This document shows, in pieces, positions 8,647-19,598 of a stretch of DNA of 64,000 nt. Made by a program: the position numbers and the translations under genes. The stretch is from Candidatus Latescibacterota bacterium (GTDB lineage Bacteria > Latescibacterota > UBA2968 > UBA8231): NCBI GenBank assembly GCA_965200315.1, contig OZ241362.1:4128001-4192000 (forward strand), read 5' to 3'. Every line of letters begins with the position of its first letter. Positions within the stretch are counted from its first letter, which is position 1. A model generated the notes under the pieces. The model saw nothing but the letters and a program-made list of their open reading frames with translations. It was not told the DNA's origin and searched no databases.

Positions 8647-10125
8647 GTGTTCGGGTTTCTCAATATACGCGGCGGCCCCAACAGCGTCAATCTGCTGTGC
8701 CTCGTTCTGCTGGGGCTCAAGCTCTGGCTGGTCGCCGATGTGGAACTGGGTAAGGACGAGGCTGTTTACTGGTATTGGGGACAGCACCTCGACGCCTCCT
8801 ACGCGCTCTTGCCGCTGGCCGTCTTCAAGCTCGCCCACGCGCTCTATCCGCACCAAGAGTGGTTTCTGCGGCTGCCCTCTGCTTTGTTGGGAGCACTTGC
8901 CACCGCGTTCGTCTATTGGCTTTGCAGGATGCAGGGTCTCGCCAAGCAACTGGCGCTGTGGGCCGCCGCCGCTTTCGCGCTCAGCCATTGGACTTGGCAC
9001 ACCAGTTCCTACCTGCATCCCGATGGATTCTTAGTCCCGTGTTGGCTGCTGGCCTTGTGCATGGCTCGTCAGGCCGCAGTAACCAACGCGCTGCGGCTCT
9101 ATATATACATGGGTTTAGCGGCGGGCTTGGCCGTCCTCTGCAAGTACTCGGGGGCCTTTCTCGTCGGCGGGCTTGGCCTGTGGATCGCGCTCGATAAACA
9201 AGGGAGAGCGCGCTGGCACCTGCTCGCGGCATTCCTCCTGCCCGCTTTCGCCGTGGCCGCGCCGCTCACCTACACTCAGTTCAGTACCGGCTTCTATCTG
9301 CCGCAGACGCTGAGTACTCTTTCGCGCATTGACTACCTCGGCCATCCTCTCTCTCGCTTACTCTTCTTTGCGGCCAGTCCGCTCTTTTTTTTATCGCCGT
9401 TTTTGCTGTTCCTGCTGTATGCCGGCTTGGTGCGGGCAGCCAAACAGCGCGACCTCCTCGCCCTGCTCCCCGCGCTCTGCACCATCGGTGCTTTTTTGTT
9501 TTTCGCGCTCGGCCGCGGTCAAATCAAAGGCAACTGGTTCCTGCCGGGCCTGCTGAGCCTGTGGCCTGTGGCGTTTGCGGCACAGCCTAGACGCTGGCTG
9601 CTCGTCGCGGTGGTCGCCACCGGGTTGCTGCAATCGCTCGCCATTGGGCTGGGATTGAAATACCCCGGTATCTACAGCGATCTGGCTGCACGCAGCGGGC
9701 TGGACAAAAGCTATGTTGGTTTGGTGTCGGAGGAAGACCGGGGCCGCGAGCCAGCCTACTCGTGGAGCGAGCGTCTTTGCGAGTACAGCGGCTGGAGGCA
9801 CTTCGCGGCCGACGTGGAGGAGGTTGTTCCACCGCTGCCATTGCTGAGCACGCAGTACAGCATACCGTTTGCGCTGGCGTATTACGGGCGGGCCGAGCGG
9901 GGATACTACACGGTTGATGATCCTCGGTTCCGGGACCTGACGGATTTTTACGGACAGCGCAAGAGGTCCTATCCAGCAGAAGTGCTCTTCGCCGTGCGAA
10001 CGGGCGGAAAGGTTCCCGAATCGCTACACGCTACGTATCCACGGCGGGAGTTGCTCGCGGCAATAGAGCGTCGCCGTGCGGGCTGTCCCTCCGTGTCTTA
10101 CCAGCTCTTCCGCTTAGGACGGTGA
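8647..10125 (+). CDS. GT-C membrane glycosyltransferase (ArnT/PMT_2, family 39-like)
   Basis: DEAVYWYWGQHLDASY, PD motif, LCKY, many TM segments. Confidence 0.75.
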   Translation: MFGFLNIRGGPNSVNLLCLVLLGLKLWLVADVELGKDEAVYWYWGQHLDASYALLPLAVFKLAHALYPHQEWFLRLPSALLGALATAFVYWLCRMQGLAKQLALWAAAAFALSHWTWHTSSYLHPDGFLVPCWLLALCMARQAAVTNALRLYIYMGLAAGLAVLCKYSGAFLVGGLGLWIALDKQGRARWHLLAAFLLPAFAVAAPLTYTQFSTGFYLPQTLSTLSRIDYLGHPLSRLLFFAASPLFFLSPFLLFLLYAGLVRAAKQRDLLALLPALCTIGAFLFFALGRGQIKGNWFLPGLLSLWPVAFAAQPRRWLLVAVVATGLLQSLAIGLGLKYPGIYSDLAARSGLDKSYVGLVSEEDRGREPAYSWSERLCEYSGWRHFAADVEEVVPPLPLLSTQYSIPFALAYYGRAERGYYTVDDPRFRDLTDFYGQRKRSYPAEVLFAVRTGGKVPESLHATYPRRELLAAIERRRAGCPSVSYQLFRLGR

Positions 10126-13100
10126 GCCGTTTGCCTCTTCCTTGCGTCCAAACGCCGACGTCATAATCCGCTGCATCGCCGTGCGGAAATCGTCGAAAAA
10201 GGTGTAAAACAGCGGCACCAACAAAAGCGTCAGCACCATGGAAGCCAGCAGGCCGCCGATCATCGTCCGGCCCAGCGGCGCGTAGGCCATGCCTACCATC
10301 TTGGAATTGCCCGCGGCCATTGGAATCAGCCCGAAAGCGGTAGTGAAGGTCGTCATCAGGATCGGCCGGAAGCGGTGCCGGCCGGCCTCCAGCAGCGCGT
10401 CGTAGCGCGACTTGCCCTCGGCCCGGAGCCGGTTGGCTAAGTCGATCAACACGATGGCGTTGTTTACTACCACGCCGATTAGGATCACCGAGCCGATCAT
10501 CGACATGATTTCAAAGGGCGTGTCGGTCAGATATAGAACCCAGTAAACTCCAAGGAAAGAGAATGGGATGGACACGATCACCGACAGCGGCAGCACGAAC
10601 GACTCGAAGAGCACCCCCATCAGCAAAAAGACGAAGGTCACGGACATGATCAGGGCGAACTTCTGAGACTGGTCCTGCCCCGCTAGTTCCGCAAATCGGC
10701 TGCCCTTGTCCCAGCGGTAGCCACGCGGCATCTCAAAGCCCTGCATCACCTGATCGACTTGGGCGAAAAGATGTTGCGCCCGGTCCTTGGTGGCGCGGGC
10801 GCTGACATTGAGCATGGTCTGGCGGTTCTCGCGTCGGATGTTGCCCAGCGTGCGCTCGACGTAGATGTCCGCCAGCGACTCGAGGGACACTTCGCGGCCA
10901 TCGGCGGTGGGGAAGTTTTGGGTGCGCAAATCGTCTAGGCTCTGGCTGTCGTAGTTGGCTAGCTGCACGTGGATATCGACCTCGCGGCCGTCGTCGGTGT
11001 GGAACTTGTTGATATCCGTGCCGCGCAGTGCATAGGCAATGCCGCCCGAAATCATCTGGGGATCCACGCCGAAGCGCTGAATTTGGTCGCGGTCGAGGCG
11101 CACTTGTAGCTCGGTGCCGCCGCGGTCCATGTCGGTGTTGACCGACAGCAAGCCGGGGATGCTCTCCAGCCGCCGTTCGACCTCGGCGGCTAGCTCGATC
11201 AGCACCTTGGTGTCCTCGCCATATAGGCTGACATTGACTCGGGAATCCTGCTCGGAATTTTCCCAGTTGACCCGCAAGGTGATGCCCGGCGGCAAGTAGA
11301 GCCGCGCGCGGAGATCCTTTTCGACTTCCTTGTAGGTGAGGTACTCCTGTTCCTTCAGACCCAGCGCGATGTTCAGATTGTCCCAAGCCACCTCATACCA
11401 CTCCACGTCCTCCTCTTCGGCGAAAAACAGCGTCACCCGGCCCCAACCACGGCGGAAGTAGGTGCGCAGCATTTCGACGTTGTATTCCGCCTTGCGGGCC
11501 ATTACCGTGTCCTCGACGGCACTCATAAACTGCTCGGCCCGGTCCAGCGACTGACCCGAAGGCATCTCAAAGGCCAAGTCCATCCGCACCTCGTTGCGCT
11601 CCTGACTGTCGGTGCGCTCCATGCTGTCCATTGGGACCTTGATGCTGGCAAACAGGACCAAGGCGATGACGAAGGCGTCGAGGCGATTGTTCAGCACCCA
11701 ACTCAGCGAGCGCACATAGTACCTGCGGGGCCAAGCGATCACGTGCGGCTCGCTTTTTTCCTTGCTCGTCGCCAGCTTGAGCGCGGCGAGGGGGATAAAG
11801 ATCAGGGCGATGATCAGCGAAGCCACCAGCCCTGCGATGACCGGCAGGCCGATTCTGAGCATCCAAAACGAGAACATCTCCTCGTCGCTCATCAGAATCA
11901 GGGGCAAGAAGACCACCACCGTCGTCAGAGTCGCCATGGTCACCGCCAGCCCCACTTCGCCAGCCCCTTCAACCGAAGCCGTGCGCGGGGCGATACCTGC
12001 TTGGCGCTTGCGGTAGATGTTTTCGACGATGACGATGGCGTTGTCAACCACCAGTCCTAAGCTCAGCATCAGACCCATCATCGTCGCCATATTCAACGAC
12101 CAGCCTATGAAGTACAAGGCGGTAATCGTCGCCAGAATCGACAGTGGAATCGCCAAGGTGATGATCAGGGTGATGCGCACGGCGCGCAAAAAGAAAAAGA
12201 GCACGATGGCCGCAAACAGCCCGCCCCACAGACCGGAATTTTTGAGATTGTCAACCGAGTTGATCACTTGGTCGCCTTGGTTCCAGACCAGCTTGAAATC
12301 CAAGCCTTCGAGCTTGGGATGATCCCTTAGTTTCTCGAGGGCTTCCTTCACGCCATCGGCGACCTCGACGACATTGGCACCCGAAGCCTTAGTGACGCCG
12401 AAGGCCAGTGCCTCCTTGCGATCAATGCGGTTGACCCAATCTTGGTTTCGCCGCTTATAGGAAACCTCGGCGATGTCGCCCAACCGCAGCTGGTGCTCGG
12501 GATCAACCACGGTGTTGGCGATCTCTTCAATGTTTTGGAAGCGGCCCACGGAGCGAACGTAAATTTTCTTGCCGCCCTCGATCACCCATCCCCCAGGCAC
12601 GGTGAGGTTTTGGGCGCGCAGGCTGTTGAGGGTCTCAAAAATGTTGATCTGGTGGCCGTGTACCTTGCCTTGGTCCAACTCGACTATGACCTGTTTGCTG
12701 GGCGAGCCCCAAAGCTCAATGTTGCCGACCCCATCGACGCGGCGCAGCGCCGGCTCCACATAGGTATCGATAAGCTGGCGCGGGTCGGCGTATTGGTTTC
12801 CAAAGGTGATGACGATCTCCATTATCGGGATGTCGTTTTGATCCCAGCGCCGGACCCACAGTTGCTCAATCTCGTCGGGTAGCTCGGGCATCACTCGGTC
12901 GAGGCGATCCTTCATCTCGGCGAAAGCCAATTGCAGATCGGTGCCCTTCTGGAACTCGACCTGGACATTGCCGCCGCTGTTGTGGGCTTCGGAGCGAATT
13001 CGCTTGACCCGACTGACTTGGGCGACGGCCTCTTCAAGGTGGCGGACCACCTTTTGCTCGACCTCGACTGCTCCGGCGTTGGGATAGTAAGCCCAAGCGA

Positions 13101-13257
13101 AGAGCCGGGGATAGTCGAACCCTTCGGGGAAAAGCGTCAGCGGGATCCGCGTGTAGGCGATGTAGCCCACCACCAGCAGCGCGACCAGCGACATCACCAC
13201 GGTCACCGGCCGATTGACCGAAAAGCGCGGCAGGGGGTACTGGTTTTGCTTTTCCAT
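10114..13257 (-). CDS. RND efflux transporter permease (AcrB/AcrD/AcrF family)
   Basis: 1047 aa; GLVVDNAIVIVENI, GVVVNNAIVLID, RFRPILMTT. Confidence 0.95.
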   Translation of the reverse strand: MEKQNQYPLPRFSVNRPVTVVMSLVALLVVGYIAYTRIPLTLFPEGFDYPRLFAWAYYPNAGAVEVEQKVVRHLEEAVAQVSRVKRIRSEAHNSGGNVQVEFQKGTDLQLAFAEMKDRLDRVMPELPDEIEQLWVRRWDQNDIPIMEIVITFGNQYADPRQLIDTYVEPALRRVDGVGNIELWGSPSKQVIVELDQGKVHGHQINIFETLNSLRAQNLTVPGGWVIEGGKKIYVRSVGRFQNIEEIANTVVDPEHQLRLGDIAEVSYKRRNQDWVNRIDRKEALAFGVTKASGANVVEVADGVKEALEKLRDHPKLEGLDFKLVWNQGDQVINSVDNLKNSGLWGGLFAAIVLFFFLRAVRITLIITLAIPLSILATITALYFIGWSLNMATMMGLMLSLGLVVDNAIVIVENIYRKRQAGIAPRTASVEGAGEVGLAVTMATLTTVVVFLPLILMSDEEMFSFWMLRIGLPVIAGLVASLIIALIFIPLAALKLATSKEKSEPHVIAWPRRYYVRSLSWVLNNRLDAFVIALVLFASIKVPMDSMERTDSQERNEVRMDLAFEMPSGQSLDRAEQFMSAVEDTVMARKAEYNVEMLRTYFRRGWGRVTLFFAEEEDVEWYEVAWDNLNIALGLKEQEYLTYKEVEKDLRARLYLPPGITLRVNWENSEQDSRVNVSLYGEDTKVLIELAAEVERRLESIPGLLSVNTDMDRGGTELQVRLDRDQIQRFGVDPQMISGGIAYALRGTDINKFHTDDGREVDIHVQLANYDSQSLDDLRTQNFPTADGREVSLESLADIYVERTLGNIRRENRQTMLNVSARATKDRAQHLFAQVDQVMQGFEMPRGYRWDKGSRFAELAGQDQSQKFALIMSVTFVFLLMGVLFESFVLPLSVIVSIPFSFLGVYWVLYLTDTPFEIMSMIGSVILIGVVVNNAIVLIDLANRLRAEGKSRYDALLEAGRHRFRPILMTTFTTAFGLIPMAAGNSKMVGMAYAPLGRTMIGGLLASMVLTLLLVPLFYTFFDDFRTAMQRIMTSAFGRKEEANGSPS

Positions 13258-13266
13258 CGGTTCCTC

Positions 13267-16200
13267 CTAGGCCCGGCGATCGACCACTGAATACACGGTC
13301 GGGATCACTACGAGGGTGAGGAAGGTGGAAGAGATGAGGCCGGCGATCACGGTCAGGGCCATCGGCGTGCGAATCTCGGCCCCTTCGCCTAGCCCCAAGG
13401 CCATCGGCAGCAGCCCTAAGACCGTCGTCGCCGTGGTCATGGCGATCGGGCGCAACCGCACGGCACCGGCTTGAATGATGGCCTCGGTCTTTTTCATGCC
13501 GGTGCGGCGCAAGGTGTTGATATAGTCAACGAGCACGATAGCGTTGTTGACGACGATGCCGGCCAGCATGATCAGGCCGATAAAAACCACCACGCTCAGA
13601 GCCACCTGCGCCAGATAGAGCGCCACCACCACGCCGATCAGCGCCAGGGGCACCGTGAACATGATGATAAAGGGATGCACCAGCGATTCAAACTGGCTGG
13701 CCATCACCACATAGACGAGGAAAATAGCCAGCACCAAGGCGAAGTAGAGGCTCTGCAACGAGGTCTCCATCTCCTCGTTCTGGCCGCTGATCATAAAGTC
13801 GAAGCCCATCGGGAAGTCCATCTTCCCCAGTTCGTCGTGGATCAGGCCCGAGGCCGTGCCCAGATCGATACCTTGGATATTGGCCGTGATCAATGCGGCG
13901 CGCTGCTGGTCAATGCGGCGGATCTCGCTTGGCCCCTCGTTGACCTGGATATCGGCCACTGCGGAAAGCGGAATCGGAATCGGCGCATTGGGATTGATCA
14001 CCAGCCGCCGCAGCTCGTCGAGCCCTAGGCGGTCCTCCGCGCGCAGCCTCACCAGTACGTCGATCTGGCGCTCGTCTTGGCGAAAGTCAGTGGCGACCTT
14101 GCCCTGCACTTTGTGGCGCACTAGCTCGGCGACATTGCGCAGCGACAGGCCGTAGGCTGCGAGTTGGTCGCGCTTGTAGCTGATCTGTAGCTCGGGGTTG
14201 CCCGCCTGTAGCGACGATTTGACGTCGACTAGCCCGGGCAAACCAGCCATCCGCGACTCGGCTTCCAAACTCAACTGGCGCAACTGGCGCAGGTTGTAGC
14301 CGCGGATCTCGACCTCGATGGGCGTCTTGAAGCTGAACAGCGCCGGGTGCGAGACTTCGACCTCGATTTCGGGTATATCGTCAACCGCGTCGCGCAGGTG
14401 CCGGATCAACGCGGTCTCTTGCGCGGCGTTGGACCCCTCGGTCATGCGGATTGTTACTTGGGCGGTGTGCTCGCCTTCTTCGGCTGAGGAACTCGCCGAC
14501 CGATCGGTGCCCACGGTCGTCGCCACCCGGGCGACTAGGGGCTGTTCGCCGGCGAGCCCCTCTATCTGGCGCACGATCTCGGCAGTCTCTTCAAGCGGTG
14601 TGCCCACCGGTAGTCTGAGGTCGAGGTTGAATTCGGCTTGGTGGACTTGGGGAATCAGCTCGGTGCCCAAATCGGGCAGGAGCTTGTACCAGCAGACCAA
14701 CAGGGCGGCTAGGGCACCGCCGATAATCAGCAAGTGCTTCCTGAGTGCCCAGCCCAACAGGGCCGGATAGGTCTGCTGCACCAGCCCGAAGCCGCGTTCA
14801 AACACAAAGAGCAGCGGCAAAAAGACCGGCATCAGCAGGATGCCTAGCAGAAACAACACCAGCACCAGCCCTAGCCCGACGAGCATCAGCACCACTTGCA
14901 GGACGATGCTCACCAGCCTGAGCACCGTGCCAAAGACGAAGCGCACAGCCACCAGATAGAACAGCACCAGCGGTAGCGACAAGACTTTGAGTGTCTTCCA
15001 CGCTAGGTGCTTGGGCCTGTTCACCCAGTGCCAGTAGCGCTGCGCGGCCTCGCCGAGGCTGCGCGGCGATTCAAAGCTGAGGATGCCCGGCCAGACGCGC
15101 TCGAAGAAAGTCCACTTGCCAATGCGGCTTTCGGCAGCCCAAGCACTGACCCAATGCTGGAAGGTCCGCTCGCGCTTGAGCCAGAAGTATTCGACGGGTT
15201 TGATCAGCCACCACAACATCTCGGAAACGAGGAGAAAGGCTCCTTTGAGCACCGCCGCTACGAGGGTTGCTGCGGCCAGCCCCACCCGCAACAACACCTC
15301 GCCGACTAGGTAAGGCAGCGAGAGGGCCACCTGCGCCGCCTTGTGCCACCGGCTCCCCGGCTCGCTGAATATCGCACGGGCCCGGCTCATCGCCTGTAAG
15401 CGCAGAAAGTCGCTGCGACCGATCTGCTCGGCTAGCCCACTCTGGCGGTCGATTTGGCGCGAGGCCAGCATGGGAATGAAAAACAGCGCAACCCCCAACG
15501 AGGCCAACAGCGAGAACACGACCGTCAGCGCCATATCACCGAAGATCTGCCCGGCTATGCCCTCGACGAAGACGATGGGAAAAAACACCGTGATCGTCGT
15601 CAGCGTTGAGGCCAACACGGCGGTACCGACCTCGCTGGTGCCGCGGACGGTGGCTTGGACCAGATCGTCGCCTTCTTCCCGACAGCGGAAGATGCTTTCT
15701 AGCACCACGATCGAGTTGTCGACCAGCATCCCGATTCCGAGGGCCAACCCGCCGAGCGACATGATGTTGAGCGACACATCGAACATGTACATCGGCGCGA
15801 AGGTCGCCATGATCGACACCGGAATCGTCAGGCCGACGATCAGTGTGTGGACCACGTTGCGCAAGAATACAAAGAGCACTAGCACGGCCATCGTCCCGCC
15901 GATGATCGCGTTGATTTGGACCTCGGAGATCGAATTCTTGATAAAACCCGACTGGTCGGACAAAAGCTCCAGCTTGGCCCCCGGGGGCAGGCGATGGCTG
16001 ATGAAGTCGGTCATCCGCAAATGCTCCATCGCCTTGCGAGCCTCCTCCTGCTTTTTCTTTTCCAGCTCCTTTTGTTGCTCTTCCTCGTTCTTTTGCGCCG
16101 TAGCTCCTTCAGCCTCTTGCTTTTTTTGTTCCTCTCTTCGCTCGGCCATTTCTTGGGCTTCGCGGGCCTTCTGCTCCACGTACTCGCGCTGCTGTGGCAA

Positions 16201-17124
16201 GCCGAATAGGGCGTTGCGAACCCTAGCGGCGATGGCGACGATGTTGGCGTCGGCTTCCTTGTAGATCTCGATCTCGACGCTCTCGCGGCCGTTGACCCGG
16301 GTGATGATCTCGCGGTCCTTGTGAGAGCGAAAAACCTCGGCAATGTCGCGCAGGTACACATCGGCGTTGCCCTGCCGCGCTACGATCAACTCGGCGATCT
16401 CATCGACGGTGGCGAACTCGTTGAGTGTGCGGATCAGGTATTCGACTTGGCCCTCGCGCAAGTTGCCGCCGGGCAAATTGACGTTGTTTTGCGCTAGGCG
16501 GTTGTTTATCTGGTTGATGTCCAAGCCCATCACCGCGATCTGGCGCTCGTTAAGCGCGACGTGGATTTCCTCCTCCAAGCCGCCCTTGATCTTGACTGCC
16601 GCCACGCCAGCTAGCGCCTCCAACTCGCGCTTGATGTCGTGCTCGGCGAGGTAGCGCAGCTCGTAGAGGCTCTGCGGCCCATGCAAGCCGATGCGCATGA
16701 TCGGGTCGAGGGAAGGGTCGTAGCGCAGCAGTAGGGGTTTCTCGGCGTCTTGCGGCAACCAGACGCGATCGGCCTTCTCGCGGATTTCTTGGGACATCGC
16801 GTTCATGTCGGCGTCCCATTCAAATTCGAGGATGATGTCTGACTGCCCGGCCTTGGAGATGGAGCTGATGTTGACGAGGTGAGGCACAATGCCCAGTTCC
16901 TGCTCCAAAGGGCGGGAGAGCAGGGTCTCGACTTCCTCCGGTGCCGTGCCCGGATATTCGGTGCGCACCGTCAGGGTCGGGTAAGAAATGTCGGGCATTA
17001 GGTTCAGCGAGAGCCGCTGATAGGAGACCCAGCCGAAAACGCAGACGGCCAGCACCACCATGAAAATGGCGACGGGCCGCCGGGTTGCAATGGCGAAGCG
17101 CGATGTGCTAACGGGCTGCTGCAC
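13267..17124 (-). CDS. RND efflux transporter permease with two large insertions
   Basis: 1285 aa; GMLVDNSIVVLE, RLRPIAMTT; charged E/K/Q insert and an extra hydrophobic segment. Confidence 0.93.
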   Translation of the reverse strand: MQQPVSTSRFAIATRRPVAIFMVVLAVCVFGWVSYQRLSLNLMPDISYPTLTVRTEYPGTAPEEVETLLSRPLEQELGIVPHLVNISSISKAGQSDIILEFEWDADMNAMSQEIREKADRVWLPQDAEKPLLLRYDPSLDPIMRIGLHGPQSLYELRYLAEHDIKRELEALAGVAAVKIKGGLEEEIHVALNERQIAVMGLDINQINNRLAQNNVNLPGGNLREGQVEYLIRTLNEFATVDEIAELIVARQGNADVYLRDIAEVFRSHKDREIITRVNGRESVEIEIYKEADANIVAIAARVRNALFGLPQQREYVEQKAREAQEMAERREEQKKQEAEGATAQKNEEEQQKELEKKKQEEARKAMEHLRMTDFISHRLPPGAKLELLSDQSGFIKNSISEVQINAIIGGTMAVLVLFVFLRNVVHTLIVGLTIPVSIMATFAPMYMFDVSLNIMSLGGLALGIGMLVDNSIVVLESIFRCREEGDDLVQATVRGTSEVGTAVLASTLTTITVFFPIVFVEGIAGQIFGDMALTVVFSLLASLGVALFFIPMLASRQIDRQSGLAEQIGRSDFLRLQAMSRARAIFSEPGSRWHKAAQVALSLPYLVGEVLLRVGLAAATLVAAVLKGAFLLVSEMLWWLIKPVEYFWLKRERTFQHWVSAWAAESRIGKWTFFERVWPGILSFESPRSLGEAAQRYWHWVNRPKHLAWKTLKVLSLPLVLFYLVAVRFVFGTVLRLVSIVLQVVLMLVGLGLVLVLFLLGILLMPVFLPLLFVFERGFGLVQQTYPALLGWALRKHLLIIGGALAALLVCWYKLLPDLGTELIPQVHQAEFNLDLRLPVGTPLEETAEIVRQIEGLAGEQPLVARVATTVGTDRSASSSAEEGEHTAQVTIRMTEGSNAAQETALIRHLRDAVDDIPEIEVEVSHPALFSFKTPIEVEIRGYNLRQLRQLSLEAESRMAGLPGLVDVKSSLQAGNPELQISYKRDQLAAYGLSLRNVAELVRHKVQGKVATDFRQDERQIDVLVRLRAEDRLGLDELRRLVINPNAPIPIPLSAVADIQVNEGPSEIRRIDQQRAALITANIQGIDLGTASGLIHDELGKMDFPMGFDFMISGQNEEMETSLQSLYFALVLAIFLVYVVMASQFESLVHPFIIMFTVPLALIGVVVALYLAQVALSVVVFIGLIMLAGIVVNNAIVLVDYINTLRRTGMKKTEAIIQAGAVRLRPIAMTTATTVLGLLPMALGLGEGAEIRTPMALTVIAGLISSTFLTLVVIPTVYSVVDRRA

Positions 17125-17128
17125 GGGC

Positions 17129-18292
17129 CTAGCCTTGGCCCGCGTCGTCTGCTGAGTTGACTATGCGCACTCGCGTGCGGTCTTTGAGGCCGTTTTGCCC
17201 GACGACGATGATCGGGGTGCCGGAGTCGATGCCGGCGAGTGATTCAATAAAGTCGGTGTCCTCGAACCCAGGCTGCAACTTGATCCGCGCGGCCGTGGTG
17301 TCCTCGACGGCGAACACGAACCGGTCGCCGCCGTCGTACACGATCGCCTGCTTGGGTATCAACACGGCGTCGGTGTGCGTGGCGGTGACGATGCGCACGT
17401 TGACCAAGAGGCCGGGCCGCAAGTACTCCCAGCGGTCGCGCAAGCCCACCGTGACCTTGAAGGTGCCGCTCCTCGGGTCAACCACGGGACTGATGCGCTT
17501 GACCCAGCCGTGGAACCGCTTGTCGGGCAAAAACTCCGAGGAGATGAGGGCCTGTTGGCCGCTGCCGATGGTGGTGAGGTATTGGCCGGGCGCAAAGACG
17601 CGGGCGATTAGGTCGTCGAGCTTGATGAGGTCGTAGAGCTTGCTACTCGGCCCCACCCGCGCGCCGACCTGCACGTGGCGCTCGGTGATCACGCCGGAAA
17701 ACGGCGCGGTGACTTCTGCGTATTCTAGCTCTAGGCGGGCGCGCTCTAGGCGGAGGCGGGATTGTTCAAAGTTGTATTTGCTGGTCTCGAACTCTTGGTC
17801 GCTGATGAGGCTGCGCTCAAACATGGCCTCGGTGCGCTTGAAGCCAGTCTGCTGATAGTGGTAGTTGGCTTGGGCCTCCTCAACGGCGATGCGCAACTGC
17901 TTGTCCTCGATGCTGAGGAGGGTGTCGCCTGCTTCGACGCGGTCGCCTTCCTCGACGTTGAGCTGTTTGACAAGGCCGCTGATTTGGGGGTACATCTCGA
18001 CGGCCGCCTCGGTTTCGATGGTCGAGTTGAAGAGCAGATGCGCGGAAATCTCGCCCGTGTGTGCGAGGGCGACTTCGACGGGTATTGCTTCTATGGGCTT
18101 GGAGAGGCTATCGGCGGCCGTGCTGTCGGCTTGGGCCGCTGGGTCTGCGTCGTCGCCTTCGTCTTGTCCGCCCACTTGCACACTGCAAGCCCCCAAAGTT
18201 GCCGCCAACAATAGTACGCCTGCTCTGTGCCATGCGTTCAAAATGAGCTTTCTCCGGGTTTTGTGGGCTTGTAGGGGACGAAAGTAGTGCAT
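17129..18292 (-). CDS. RND periplasmic adaptor (membrane fusion protein)
   Basis: Lipobox-like LGAC, VEEGDRVEAGD, APFSGVI, ISPVVD, LRPG. Start uncertain. Confidence 0.9.
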   Translation of the reverse strand: MHYFRPLQAHKTRRKLILNAWHRAGVLLLAATLGACSVQVGGQDEGDDADPAAQADSTAADSLSKPIEAIPVEVALAHTGEISAHLLFNSTIETEAAVEMYPQISGLVKQLNVEEGDRVEAGDTLLSIEDKQLRIAVEEAQANYHYQQTGFKRTEAMFERSLISDQEFETSKYNFEQSRLRLERARLELEYAEVTAPFSGVITERHVQVGARVGPSSKLYDLIKLDDLIARVFAPGQYLTTIGSGQQALISSEFLPDKRFHGWVKRISPVVDPRSGTFKVTVGLRDRWEYLRPGLLVNVRIVTATHTDAVLIPKQAIVYDGGDRFVFAVEDTTAARIKLQPGFEDTDFIESLAGIDSGTPIIVVGQNGLKDRTRVRIVNSADDAGQG

Positions 18293-18349
18293 TACCTTAA
18301 CAGTTATTCAACTCTGCAAGGTGCACATTGTCAAATAAAGGGAGGCACC

Positions 18350-18772
18350 GTGAGCTATCAAAACGTCAGTCCCACCGAGGCGAAGGAACTGCTCGAAGGA
18401 GACGCGGGCGCGGTCTATATCGATGTCCGCTCCATCCCCGAGTACGAGAGCGGCCATCCGGCCGGCGCGTTCAACATCCCCATCATGCACCGCCACGCCG
18501 TGGGCATGGTTCCCAACCCCGATTTCGTCCGGGTCGTTCAAGCCCATTTTGCTGCCGACGCCAAGCTGCTCGTCGGCTGTCAATCGGGTGCGCGCTCCAT
18601 GCACGCTTGCGAAGCCCTCGTCGCCGCTAACTTTACGGATGTGGCCAATGTCACCGCTGGCTTTGGTGGGTCGCGCACCGAGCGCGGCTGGCTGGACCTT
18701 GGCTTTGCGGTCGAATCCGGCAGCAGCGACGACAAAGGCTACGCGGCCTTGAGCGGCGATTCGAGCACGTGA
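18350..18772 (+). CDS. Rhodanese-like domain protein
   Basis: IDVRSIPEYESGHPAGA and CQSGARS; GGAGG RBS plus GTG. Confidence 0.9.
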   Translation: MSYQNVSPTEAKELLEGDAGAVYIDVRSIPEYESGHPAGAFNIPIMHRHAVGMVPNPDFVRVVQAHFAADAKLLVGCQSGARSMHACEALVAANFTDVANVTAGFGGSRTERGWLDLGFAVESGSSDDKGYAALSGDSST

Positions 18773-19464
18773 GCGAGTTGCTCAATCCCTATTTCCAAGT
18801 GGGGCTCGACGTGATGGAGCAGCCCTGTTTGGTCATCGGCGGAGGGCGCGAGGCCGAGGAAAAAGCGGGCCGCCTGCTCGCGGCCGGTGCGCGGTTGATG
18901 GTGGTTAGCCCAAGCGTCACGCCCGCGCTCGTCGAATGGGCTGCGGCCGGCCGCCTTACCCACCACCCGCGCCACTTTGCCGAGCGCGACCTCGACGGCG
19001 TGTTCTTGGTGCTCAACACCGTCCGCGACGACGCGCTGACAGCGCGGGTACACGAACTAGCCTTACAGCGCAAGATATTGATCAACTCCTACGACAACCC
19101 GACCTATTCCAACGTGGGCATGGTGGCCTTGGTGCATCCGGGCCACTTGCGGCTGAGCATTTCCACCTCCAACGCCAGCCCGGCGCTATCCAGCCGCTTG
19201 CGGCAAGACCTTGAAGAAATTTTCGCTGGGGAATTTGCTGCGTACCTCGACGGTTTGGCCGAGGTGCGCCAGCGGGTGCGCACCAAAGTCGCCGACCGCG
19301 AGACGCGCTTTGCCCTGCTACGCTCTTTGGTCCGCGGCTTCCGCTTGGAAGGGACGCTGCGCTATCCCGCCGACTGGAAGCGGCACATAGATGCGTTGCT
19401 GAAGTGTGAGTTGGAATTTTGTGGGACGGAGGAGCGGTGTGCGGATTGTCCGTTGGGAAGTTGA
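18769..19464 (+). CDS. Precorrin-2 dehydrogenase / sirohydrochlorin ferrochelatase (CysG-N/SirC-like)
   Basis: LVIGGGREA..K...LL, VVSP, ISTSNASPALS. Confidence 0.85.
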   Translation: MSELLNPYFQVGLDVMEQPCLVIGGGREAEEKAGRLLAAGARLMVVSPSVTPALVEWAAAGRLTHHPRHFAERDLDGVFLVLNTVRDDALTARVHELALQRKILINSYDNPTYSNVGMVALVHPGHLRLSISTSNASPALSSRLRQDLEEIFAGEFAAYLDGLAEVRQRVRTKVADRETRFALLRSLVRGFRLEGTLRYPADWKRHIDALLKCELEFCGTEERCADCPLGS

Positions 19465-19480
19465 CTGGCGGTTAGGCGTC

Positions 19481-19517
19481 AAAAGCCCCGCAGGCTACGA
19501 CCTCCGCGGGGCTTTTT
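19481..19517. terminator. Bidirectional intrinsic terminator
   Basis: AAAAGCCCCGC...GCGGGGCTTTTT between convergent genes. Confidence 0.8.
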
Positions 19518-19598
19518 ATATTGCGTCCAGTTCAGATACTCATGCACCCAGCGTTGACCGGGGCACATAGTGCGATTTGGTAGGGGTGTCCTGATTGC

